From positions 1-64,000 of the forward strand of contig DASRGZ010000001.1 in the NCBI GenBank assembly GCA_035650735.1: DNA of 64,000 nt. Reading direction: 5' to 3'. The position numbers and the translations under genes are program-made. Source of the DNA: Chthonomonadaceae bacterium. GTDB taxonomy: Bacteria > Armatimonadota > Chthonomonadetes > Chthonomonadales > Chthonomonadaceae. Below the pieces are notes generated by a model. That model did not search any database. It saw nothing but the letters and a program-made list of their open reading frames with translations, and was not told the DNA's origin. Positions 38,502-48,600 of this stretch are shown here, one piece after another; positions within the stretch are counted from its first letter, which is position 1; each line of letters begins with the position of its first letter.

Positions 38502-38804
38502 GATGCCAATTCCCCTCCACGCAAGTCCTCTGCCGCTCACGGAGGATCTCAGCGCAAGCTTCTCGATCCCTCGCTCCAAAACCTCTTCGAGGGCCGACAT
38601 TGGCTCATCCAATTGCAGCGCCTCCGGGCAGTTCGCCGGCGTGGGAAGGGGCCGGTTCTGAGCAGGAATCGAGGGAATGGCGTCGAAGCAAGAGCGGACC
38701 AGGCCCCGGTGGGAGCGGTGGTGTCGGTAAGCGCTTACCAGGTCGAGGTTGGCTGAGACCTTCTACCCTGCCAGAGGCCGGTTGCCAGCCTGGCGGAGGA
38801 AGCC

Positions 38805-39107
38805 GTGAAGCATTACTTGCTCTTTTACGAGGTTGTCGAAGACTATGCTACGCGCCGTATGCCCTGGCGGGCCCAACACCTGGCCCACGCCCGACAAGCT
38901 CAAGCCCAGGACACGCTGCTGCTGGGGGGCGCGCTGGCCGATCCGATAGATGGGGCCGTGTTGTTGTTCCGGGCTGCCTCCCCGGAGGCGGTGGTGGCCT
39001 TTGCCCAGGCCGATCCGTATGTGCTTAACGGCCTGGTGCGGCGCTGGTGGGTGCGGGAGTGGACGACGGTGGTGGGGGAGGGGGCCATCTGCCCGGTGGA
39101 AGACTAG
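38805..39107 (+). CDS. YciI-family protein
   Basis: YLLFY, R--HL, LGGALADP-DGAVLLF, FA-ADPYV-NGLV--W-VREW. Confidence 0.9.
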   Translation: MKHYLLFYEVVEDYATRRMPWRAQHLAHARQAQAQDTLLLGGALADPIDGAVLLFRAASPEAVVAFAQADPYVLNGLVRRWWVREWTTVVGEGAICPVED

Positions 39108-39206
39108 ACCCACGCGCGCCAGGGAAGACTATCCGCCCAAAAGGAGGAGCCAGCCGTGTGCCTTGTGGAATTCCCCCCCCGAACACGCCCAGCCCATTTC
39201 TGAGTT

Positions 39207-40184
39207 TCAATCGGCAGGGATCGAAACGGGTAGAATCGTTCCGTCCGCGCCGTAGAATATCTCCCTCACCTTGACGCAGCGCAAATGGGTTATGCCTCCG
39301 GAGAGCGATGCGTCATGGTAGAACAGGTACCATTTCCCTTGAAACTCCACGATTGAATGGTGCGTCGTCCAGCCGATCACAGGCTCCAGAATTCGCCCCC
39401 GGTAGGTGAACGGCCCCAGCGGGTTATCGGCAGTCGCATAGACCAGATAGTGCGTATCCCCCGTGGAATAGGAAAAGTAGTAGATGCCTTCTCTTTTGTG
39501 GACCCAGGCGGCCTCGAAGAAGCGGCGGTCGTGATCGTCGGCATGCAGCGGCTGCCCCTCCGCATCCAGGATGGGAAGCGTCCTGATCTCTCCCGCGAAG
39601 GACTTCCTATCCGCGCCGAGTCGGGCTACGCGCGGCATCAACGCCGGGACATCCCCGGACGGTTCTTGCCCTTCCGGATCGAAGTGCCCCGATGTCCAGC
39701 ATTGCAGCTGCCCGCCCCAGATCCCGCCGAAGTAGAGGTAAGCCTGCCCGTCGTCATCCACGAAGCAGCAGGGGTCAATACTGTAGCTTCCGGCAATCGG
39801 CTCCGGTTCTGGCGTGAAGGGGCCCTCTGGAACGGAGCTGACGGCGACGCCGATCCGAAAGAGGCCCTCCTTATCACGGGCCGGGAAATAGAGGTAGTAG
39901 GTTTCCCCTTTCCTCGCGGCGTCCGGCGCCCATAACTGTCGGGAGGCCCAGGGAATATCCTCCAGCGCCAGCGCGACGCCGTGATCGGTAACCGGCCCGC
40001 CGATGGAATCGAGTGAAAAGACGTGGTAATCGACCATATCAAACTGGTCGCCGTTCTCGTTGGGGGGTATGAGCGTCTCCCGGTCATGGGAGGGATAGAG
40101 ATAGAGCCGTCCGTTGAAGACGTGGGCGGAGGGGTCGGCGGTGAAGAGATGGGTAATCAAGGGTTGGTCAGACAGGGTATTCAC
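39207..40184 (-). CDS. GH43 beta-xylosidase / alpha-L-arabinofuranosidase
   Basis: FTADPSAHVF, LWAPDAA, SIDP-CFVDDDG, RRFFEA-W, YSTGDTH, WTTHHSI. Confidence 0.93.
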   Translation of the reverse strand: MNTLSDQPLITHLFTADPSAHVFNGRLYLYPSHDRETLIPPNENGDQFDMVDYHVFSLDSIGGPVTDHGVALALEDIPWASRQLWAPDAARKGETYYLYFPARDKEGLFRIGVAVSSVPEGPFTPEPEPIAGSYSIDPCCFVDDDGQAYLYFGGIWGGQLQCWTSGHFDPEGQEPSGDVPALMPRVARLGADRKSFAGEIRTLPILDAEGQPLHADDHDRRFFEAAWVHKREGIYYFSYSTGDTHYLVYATADNPLGPFTYRGRILEPVIGWTTHHSIVEFQGKWYLFYHDASLSGGITHLRCVKVREIFYGADGTILPVSIPAD

Positions 40185-40238
40185 GGTCTTTGCTATTCCT
40201 CTTGAGTGAACGGCCTGAACTCTAGCATCCGCGACGGC

Positions 40239-42740
40239 TCACGGCGTTGCGGCCTGCCGGATGGCGAAAAACGCGGGCTTGGGCTTGCCCTCCCGGTCGA
40301 ACAGCAGCGGATAATCGGTGCGTCCTCTTACCGGAAAGTTGTTGAGCCAGGAGTCGCCATCCTGCGTGCCCCATAGCGTGACCCGGCCAATGACCTCCGG
40401 ATGCCGCAGGAACATCGCGAACGCCTGCCGGTACCGCTCGGCCTGCTGCTGGGCCACGGTGTCTGGCAGCCCAGCCGCATAGGGATTCAGGACGGCTTGT
40501 TGTTCGGGCGTCATGGTTTCGCGCACCGAGATGTCGGCGCCCTGATACCGCGTCGGCAGCACGCCAATGTCTAATTCGGTGATCATGACCTTAAGTCCCA
40601 GAGCCCCAAATTGCTGAATGGCTTTTTCTACCTCGGCGAAATCGGGAGTATTCAGCCGCCAGTGGCCCTGTATGCCGACCGCGTGGATCGGAACTTTCTG
40701 GTCCAGCAGCGACCTCAGCAGTTGCAGCGCCTTGGGCCGTTTATAGGCGAGCTCGATGTTGTAGTCGTTATAGATGAGGATCGCGTCGGGATCGGCTTCA
40801 TGGGCGGCGCGGAACGCCTCGGCAATATAGTCCTCGCCGATGGCCTTCAGCCAGGGCGTTTGGCGCAGCAATTCCCCAGGTCTATCACTGATGGCTTCAT
40901 TCACGACGTCCCACTGCTTAACGCGGCCTTTGTAGTGGCCCACCACCGTAGCGATATGCTGGCGCAGGCGCGCGAGCGCCAGCTCGCGGCTCACGGGCTG
41001 ACCATCCGGTCCCTGAAAAAACCAGGCGGGCGTCTGCTCGTGCCAGACCAGCACATGACCAATAGGAGTCGCGCCGCTCTTCTCTGCGATTTCGACGAGG
41101 CGATCTCCATCAGCAAAAGTGAACTGACCTTCAACCCGCTGAAGGGCATCCGGCTTCATGCTGTTTGCAGGCGTAATGGCGTTGAAGTGCGTGGTGGCGA
41201 TGGCCACGTCCATCGGCGCCCGGCCTTGCAGCGCCGGATAGTTCAATGTGGTGCCAATGAGAAACTTGCCTTCAAAAGCAGCCTTGAGTGGCGGTACGTT
41301 CCCCGGCACGTCCACAGATCGCACTTCCTGAAGGCGTGTGAGAACGCTCGCCCGGCCAGGAGGGTCCAGGTAGCGCGCCGCGAAGGCCAGGAAGGTGGGC
41401 CAGTTCGGTCCCGTGGTATGCCCGCCGCTATGCTGGCGAAAGGCAAGGTCTCCCTCCGTGAGCGCCGTTCCGATGGGGGGCATCTCGGTAGCGCCCAGGT
41501 CCTTCTTGCCCAGCAGCCTGTAGACCGGCCCTGCGGCCACCGCCGCCAGGAACTGCCCCCGGCTGTCCACCCAGTTGCCCTCGACCTGGGGAGAGCCGCA
41601 ACTGATGAAGACGGGGCGAGGCGCGCAGAGCGCGATAAGCTCGTGAGCGTCCACAGGCAGGTCGTTAGGCGTCAGCGGCCCGGCGTACTTGACGAAGTTG
41701 CCTGCCATCCAGTGGTACTCCCCGGAACTTGCCAGGTTCTCCACCTTCTCGCCGAAGTTGCGGCGGTAGAGCTTGGCGCCGCCCGCCCCCGACGACCCGA
41801 CGAAGGCGATGGCGAAGCGCGGGTCATAGGCCATCGTGACCAGGGCGGCTTTGCCGTAGCGAGAAAGGCCCTCTATCCCCACGCGCTTTGCATCCACAGA
41901 CCGGTCGGTCTGGAAGTAGTCGAGGGCGCGGCTGGCTCCCCAGGCCCATGCCCGCAGCGCGCCCCAGTCGTCGGGCTTGCGGGGCCGCCCTTTGTTGCAC
42001 AGGCCGATGATGCCCTCCCGCAGCCCCGCGCCATTGTCTGCCTGGATGCTGGCAGGAGAGAGGACGGCGCAGCCCCAGCCCTTCGCCAGTACCTGCTCCT
42101 GCCAGTTGGGGCCGCTCCCTTGCGGCGCGAAGTTGGGCGCGGGCGTTCCCGGATGCCTGGTGAAAAGGAAGCCGAGCTCCATAATCACGGGGACGGGACG
42201 GGCCGCGTCCGCAGGCGTGGTCAGGGTGAGCTGGATGTCCACGCTGATAGCTGGGTAAGACGTGTTGTCCACGTGCCCGACCAGCCTCTTGGTAATGGCG
42301 GGCGTTGCGCCTATGGTCTCTTGAATCGTCTCGGTCACTTCCCACCGGACCTTCGGGGTGGCTCTGGGAACGCGACCATAGACTTCGCGGTCGAACGCTT
42401 CGAACAGTTCGGCGCGGCGGCGGCGCCATTGACTCGCGTTGGTTACCGGCTTGCCATCTTGGAAGCGGAGCGGGTCGGGGAGCGTGTAGCTGCCGACCTT
42501 CGCCTCGTCGGCGTTGGCGGCGTCGGGCGCATTGGGGTTGCCGTTGGCTCCTGGTCGAAGGGCTTTGATATTGAGGAGCTCCAGCAGGTATCGGTAATCC
42601 GCCTGGGTCTTAGCCTGCTGCTCGGGAGAGGGGCCAAAGCGCGGTGGCTGGGGCCTGGGAGCTGTTGCGGTGGAAGGGGACTGGGCCGGCGAAAGGCTTA
42701 GGGCACTCAACACCGTCACCAGGGCAAAGACGTTCATCAT
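40239..42740 (-). CDS. Secreted CE15 (glucuronoyl esterase-like) - GH10 endo-xylanase fusion
   Basis: CE15: WGALRAWAWGASRALDY, GLSRYGK, LPVDAHELIALCAPRP; GH10: NSMKP, GHVLVWH-QTP-W, WDVVNEA, NDYN, GIQGH, ITELDI. Confidence 0.9.
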   Translation of the reverse strand: MMNVFALVTVLSALSLSPAQSPSTATAPRPQPPRFGPSPEQQAKTQADYRYLLELLNIKALRPGANGNPNAPDAANADEAKVGSYTLPDPLRFQDGKPVTNASQWRRRRAELFEAFDREVYGRVPRATPKVRWEVTETIQETIGATPAITKRLVGHVDNTSYPAISVDIQLTLTTPADAARPVPVIMELGFLFTRHPGTPAPNFAPQGSGPNWQEQVLAKGWGCAVLSPASIQADNGAGLREGIIGLCNKGRPRKPDDWGALRAWAWGASRALDYFQTDRSVDAKRVGIEGLSRYGKAALVTMAYDPRFAIAFVGSSGAGGAKLYRRNFGEKVENLASSGEYHWMAGNFVKYAGPLTPNDLPVDAHELIALCAPRPVFISCGSPQVEGNWVDSRGQFLAAVAAGPVYRLLGKKDLGATEMPPIGTALTEGDLAFRQHSGGHTTGPNWPTFLAFAARYLDPPGRASVLTRLQEVRSVDVPGNVPPLKAAFEGKFLIGTTLNYPALQGRAPMDVAIATTHFNAITPANSMKPDALQRVEGQFTFADGDRLVEIAEKSGATPIGHVLVWHEQTPAWFFQGPDGQPVSRELALARLRQHIATVVGHYKGRVKQWDVVNEAISDRPGELLRQTPWLKAIGEDYIAEAFRAAHEADPDAILIYNDYNIELAYKRPKALQLLRSLLDQKVPIHAVGIQGHWRLNTPDFAEVEKAIQQFGALGLKVMITELDIGVLPTRYQGADISVRETMTPEQQAVLNPYAAGLPDTVAQQQAERYRQAFAMFLRHPEVIGRVTLWGTQDGDSWLNNFPVRGRTDYPLLFDREGKPKPAFFAIRQAATP

Positions 42741-42886
42741 CTTCGATTCAGCGGTTCCCTCTTATCAAGATAGTCTCCACAGATTCGAGAAGAGCAGGCA
42801 AAAGTCCTCCGGGAAACAGAGGAGGAAAGCCCATAGATACCACCGCGAAAGAAGGGCCGTGACATGGAGTAGGACAAGACGAGAGG

Positions 42887-44640
42887 TTGCCTCCTTCACG
42901 GACTTCCGACGGCTATGAGCATCTGCGGGAGTTTTGCCATCTGCAAAGTGACACACGCCTGGATTACACCCTGGTCTTTCAAGTGGACGAGTTCTGGGCG
43001 GTCGGCAATTCTGGGCGATCGGCAATTCGGAACTGTTCGTCAGGACTTCTATCGGAACGCAGTGACCACTGTGAATGGGCGTCCGGAAGTATCGGCGACT
43101 ACGCCACCGAAAGAGCCATCTGCGCCGCAGGAAAATAAGAGCCAGCGCCGCGCCGACTTTTTTGAGACGGTCGGCTACCATCTCGACGATTTCCTCAAAG
43201 ATCAGGGGTATGGCACGTACGTTGATCGCATCCCGTACATGTGGGATTTCGGATTTTTGCTGTGCCGCAAGTCCGCGTGGGAAAACGCGGTGGAGGCAGA
43301 TTTGCTGATACCCAACTACCGCGACCAGGAGGCTCGATGCAGCGTAGAGAACGTATGGAAAGCGCTGGCAAAGGTTCAGCATCCTTCCGATTTAGGGGAG
43401 AATGGCGAAGCGAGCAAACCGGTAGGTTGGAGAACCTTCTTGCAGGCCTGTGTGGTTGTGGCCTCGGCCCAGGCCACACGGGATAACAAGCGCGTACAGG
43501 CTTTTGATCTGGATATGCTGGCCGCCGAAACCCTGTCCTGCTTGGTATTGGAATCTTCACTTCGGAAATCGCGCAGTCCTTATCGGACAAGAAAGGCAAC
43601 CTGGCAACCTCGATCATTGGTTCCCGCCTAACCGCACGCCGCCATGGGCGCACGCAGGCGCTTCTGCGTCTTCACAGGACAAGCCAAAGCCATTTAGCCT
43701 GATTGATATAGTGGAAAACTATCCCCTGGAGTTGTTCCGCGTTTGGCTGCTGCTGGGTGAGGCGCTGCCTGCCTCGCAATTTGAAATAGATGGGCTCGAT
43801 TTTCGGTGGCGTCCCGCGTATTCCAGCGCTGTCGCCGCCCGCCACTGGTTCTCGACGGCCTGCCAGACCATTCAGGAACAGACGCCGCAAGATCCCCTGC
43901 TGCCTGTCGGTCTGCCAGGCCGCTATATCACGCGCGGCGATTGGTTTCTCGCCTGTGCGAAAGGCAGCCGCTCGCCTCGACTTGGTGCATGGGCGCAGGA
44001 CCTGCTATCCAGCCGCCGCGCCAACTTCACGCGAATGCAGGCAGGGTTGGGGCTGCCCACCCGCGATATTTTGCAGCGAGAGCAGAAGGCCGATTACCGG
44101 ACACCCCTAAGCGTCTATACTGACACGGGAGAGCGGCAGGAACCAGTCTATTACGAACAGCTGCGCGCTCTAGGAGCTGGTGGTCTGGGCACGGAGATCG
44201 ACCCCTATCCAGAAGGTCGCCAAGAGATGAGGTGGCTGTGGCGTAGCGCCATGCCCGACTATGATCGGCATAGCCGTATCTGGCACAAATGGCTGTGTCG
44301 TATGATCTTCAACTGGGGAGACTGGATTCGCAAAGATGTCGGGCGGGAAATAGAATGCGATGGATAAAAGCCAAAGCGGCTTCGTAGCGGCTTTGAGATC
44401 TATGATTGGTGTCGGAGTGAGGCAGCCATCAAGGAGCTGCATACCTACCAGGAGTTCGAAAAAAGGTAGACACTCCCAGCCGTGTGGATCAATCTTACGC
44501 AGCCTGCTGCTGAGGAGATACGTCCACACCGTTGGGAGGGATTACCCGAAAAAATGCGGCGGTTCTTATTGTGGCGCTTAATCAGGCAACACCACCTCCC
44601 TTCAGGGGTCTCAAAGGGGAGATGTCCTAGCGGCATATAC
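42887..44640 (+). pseudogene. Decayed gene with extracellular solute-binding-protein-like motifs (frameshifts, premature TAA, MITE insertion)
   Basis: Pieces in three frames: VDEFW; IPYMWDFGFLLCR; RGDWFLA--KGSRS...LGLPTR; frame continues past TAA 44365 and across the MITE (...YQEFEK|MRRFLLW). Confidence 0.55.
44465..44546. mobile_element. MITE copy C (82 bp, inverted relative to B) with 8-bp TSD CGAAAAAA
   Basis: Reverse complement differs from copy B at one position; TSD at 44457-44464 and 44547-44554. Confidence 0.92.
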
Positions 44641-44708
44641 CCCTCTCTTTTAGAGGGTGCTATGCCCTTTTTTGCCTGCTTCGAGAGAGGACTTGGAGGC
44701 TGATGACC

Positions 44709-44740
44709 GCTTGGTGCTCGCTAAAAAGCGAGCACCAAGC
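44709..44740. repeat. Perfect 14-bp stem hairpin
   Basis: GCTTGGTGCTCGCT-AAAA-AGCGAGCACCAAGC. Confidence 0.7.
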
Positions 44741-45256
44741 CTCTAATGAGCGGCTGGCCTATCTCCTCAAGAGGACCCAAGTGCATCCCACGCTCTAGGG
44801 ACCATGCCCTCGTGCTGGCTAATAAGGTTATCCAACTCTGCGCCCGTTCGTGATGATTTTGAGAAGGCCTTGCGTGCTCTGGTGGCCAGGCCCTCGCCAT
44901 GCTATAGCACCTGGAAGGGTTTGGCTCCCGTGAGCGGCTGCGGCTGGCCCAGACCTTGCGGGTGGCCCTGGAGCGACAGGCTGAGCGCGAGAAGCACGCT
45001 CGGCCTGGATACGACGCCGCGGTGCCGCCGGAGGAGGAGCCAGGAAGCGGTTTAGTGGATCACTTTTACGCGGTTTGACATCCCCAGTCCATCAGGGAGC
45101 CGGGCACCTAGCTGACCATGCGCACCTTCCACACCAGAGGCGTCGCTGGAAACTACCTCACCAATGCAGGAAGGGAAAGCACAGGGGTTGCGGCTGAATA
45201 TCAGAGGCTTGATGAGCGCGCTAGAAGGATCAAATGACAGACGATCTTTCTTTAAG

Positions 45257-45583
45257 ATGCCAGAACACGAGCGTTATGCCGAAAATGCTCCCGGCCCTTT
45301 CTATGTGGAGAAGGATTACTGCCTTATCTGCTGCTTACCAGAACAGGAAGCACCTGATCTGATGGGTTTTATAGAGTCGCCAACAGCCGAGGGAAGCCAC
45401 TGCTATTTCAAAAAGCAACCTGCTACGCCTGAAGAAATGACACGAGCAGTGGCGGCGGTACGAGTCTGCTGCTGTGGGGCTTTACGATACGCAAGCAATG
45501 CCCCTGCTGTTCTTCAATCTTTGAGAGAAGCAGGGCTTAGAGAAGCAGGGCTTGAAGAGCAATGTGATGAGCTGAGCGAATAA
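45257..45583 (+). CDS. Ferredoxin-like protein
   Basis: EN-PG-FYV--D-CLICC-P--EAPDL, CYFKKQP-TPEE---A--A--VCC; start uncertain (45164 possible); 15-bp tandem duplication gives REAGL twice. Confidence 0.72.
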   Translation: MPEHERYAENAPGPFYVEKDYCLICCLPEQEAPDLMGFIESPTAEGSHCYFKKQPATPEEMTRAVAAVRVCCCGALRYASNAPAVLQSLREAGLREAGLEEQCDELSE

Positions 45584-45668
45584 GCCGTTGACGGCAGAAG
45601 AGGAAGGATGAAAGAAAGCCTTCGCTCTTTTCATCCTTCCTTCTTCCGCTTTCGTTCGAGTGGAGTCG

Positions 45669-48600
45669 TCAGGCAGCCTGGTTGGGTTGGGCCTCCTGCG
45701 CGGCCAGGGCTTGCGCCAGTTCCAGGTTGTTCTGCGCCTCGGCATGCGCGGGAGCGAGCGCCAACGCCTGACGGTAGCAGAGTGTGGCGGCAGCGTAATC
45801 GCGCGTCTGGAAGTAGCAGTTGCCCAGCATAAAGAAGCCCGGAGCATGTTCTGGTTCGACCTCCAGGCCCGCCAGGAACGTCTCGGCGGCGCGGTCGTAC
45901 ACGCCAAGCTGATAGAGGAGGTCTCCCGCGTTGAAATAGGCGTTGGCGTAACGCGGGTTGAGATGGATGGCGTCGGCGAAGCTGTCAATGGCGGCGGCTT
46001 CCGCGCCGGAAGCGGCCAGCACGCGGCCCAGGTTGACACAGATTTCCGCCGAATCGGGAGCCAGAATTCGCAGGCGCTCATAGAGGTCGCGCGCCTCCTC
46101 CAGCAGCCCCAGCGTATCGCAGCAGACGGCTAAGCGCGTCAGCGTGTCGAAGTCGTTGGGCAGGCGCTCGATGAGCCAGCGCAGGTGCGGCAAGGCTCCG
46201 GCGTAATCCTGAAGGTTAAAGAGCAGCGCACCTAAGTCACGCCGGGCGTCCTCATGGTCGGGATATTGCGCCAGGATGGTCTCCAACTCCCGGCATGCCT
46301 CCGCCGTGCGCTCCTGCTGGGCCAGCGCGATGGAGAGCAGATAGCGCGCCTCCACGAAGGTCTCCTTCTCCGCTAGGGCCTGCTGACAGGCCGGGATCGC
46401 CTCGGCGTGCCGCTCCTGCCCGACGAGCGCCAGCGCCAGACCGTAATGGGCTTTGAAGCCGGAGACGCCCACGTCGCCCGTCTTGCCGAATTTGCTTTCT
46501 CCGTCCCTGCCGTAGGCGATGGCGGCGCGGAACGCCGCCTCCGCCTCCTCATAACGCTCCAGGTGCAGCAGGCAGTAACCGCGCGCGAACTCGATGCCCG
46601 CCTCCTGGATGCCGAGGCCGTCGGCCTGCTGGCAGGCCCGCAGGCCCTCCCCGGAGCGGCCCAGCCGGTGCAGCGCGGTCGCCCACTCCGTAAACAGCGT
46701 GACCGTGAACTCCTCGGTCACGTCCGGCTTTTCGGCGGCCAGGCTCAGATAGTAGGCGGCGTTTTCCATGTCGCCAAAAGTGAAGTAGGCGTTGCCCAGG
46801 TTGAACAGGTGGAAATGGCGGAACGCCTCGTCCGGGCACTCTTCCACCTCGCGCGTGAGCATACGGATGAACCGCTCGTGCTTGTTGCGCACGGACATGA
46901 TCTCGGCGGCGTAGCCGAAGTGATCGAGTACCAGCCCCTCGCGGCGGGCATAGGTATAGCCCAACTGCTGGAGCGAGCGCATATTCTGCTCGTGGATGCG
47001 GCCTTCAAAGCGCACGCCCGGCACGCGCCGGAACAGGCGGCAGGCATGGTGGATCGCCATCTCCGAATCGGGCTGGCGCTCCGTGGATTGCAGCCAGTTG
47101 TGGAACTCGACCATGTAGCCGCCGATGTGGGCGGGCGCCTCCTCAATGGCCTTGCGGAAGGCTTCCTGGCAGCCGGGGGCGATCTCCTCGTCCGCGTCCA
47201 GCCAGAGCGCCCAATCGCCGGTGGCGTGCTCCAGCGAGACGTTGCGCGCCTGGGAGAAGTCGTCGTTCCAGGGATGGGAGAGGATCTTAGCGCCGAACTC
47301 GCGGGCGATGTCGAGCGTGCCGTCCGTGGAGCCGGTATCCACGACGACGATCTCATCCACCACGTCTCGCGCGCTTGCTAAGCAGTTGCGCAGGAACCGC
47401 TCCTCATTCTTGACGATCATGCAGAGCGAGAGCCGGGGCCGATCCGGGGCAGATGGCGTGTCCGCAGCCTGGCCTTGCGGCTTTGAGGCGAGCGCGGCTT
47501 CGGCGCGCTGGTAGAGCGCCATCAGGTTCCGGTATTCGGGGTCGCGCTTGGCCTGCGCGCGCTGCTTTTCAGGGTAGCGGCGCAGGACTTTACGCGCCCG
47601 TTTCAGGACGCCCTCGGCGGCTCGCTCGACCGTGCGGCGGATGTCCGTCTCCTCCGGCGTAAACTCCAGGGCGGCGAGCGCGTGTTCCAATGCCTCCTGC
47701 GGCCTCTCTTGCGCCAGCAGAATAAACGCCAGATTATGATGGAAGTCGCGCGGGTTGGGCGCGGAGGCGATGCCTTTGCGCAGCAGTTCGTGGGCGCGCT
47801 CTACCTCGCCCCTCCGGAACCGGACCACCGCCAGCGCGTTGACTACGTCCCAATCGTCCGGGCGCTCGACCAGACAGGCTTCCAACTCATCGGCGGCGTT
47901 CTGCCAATCGCCCGCGCGGGTCTCCTGCAAGGCCGCCTGCTTGCGATCCTCGTACATATCGCCGAGGGCGCGCAGTCCCGGCGTGTCCCCCAGCAGCCGC
48001 AGCCCGCCCAGCCCGGTCAGGCCGAGGTTGCCCAGACCCATCGGGAGCGCGAAACTCGTCGCGGTCGCGCCGCTCTCCTCGGAAAGGGCCGCCAAGCGGT
48101 CGGCGGCGATGCGGGCGGCATCGGCCCAGGTGTGCTTCGCGGCGATGTCGGCGGCGGCGCGCGCGCCCTTCGCGGCGGCTTCCTCCCGATTCTCCACGAC
48201 GCGCCGGAGCAGGGCGCGCAGGGCCTCCCGGTCCGGCTCAGCCCAGAACGGGTGCTCCACCGTCTCCATGCCGCTGATCTGCTTTTCGGGCAGGCGCTGG
48301 AGGGTGCTGGGAATGAGATAGGCGTTGGCGTCGTTGGCAAAGTCGAGGGCGGCACCGTAGCCGGTGAGGATGGTCGGCTTGCCGCAGGCCATTGCCTCTG
48401 CGATGGGCAGGCCGTAGCCCTCACCACGGTAAGGATGCACCAGACAGTCGCAGGCGGCGTAGAGGGCGGCGATCTCGGCCTCGGACATGTCGTCGGTCAG
48501 GTAGACGATGTCGGCTGCATTGGGCTTGGCTTGCAGCGCCTGGATGAGCGCGCCCGCGCCCTGGTTGGCGTAGAAGCTGTTGGCGCCGAAGTCCTTGACG

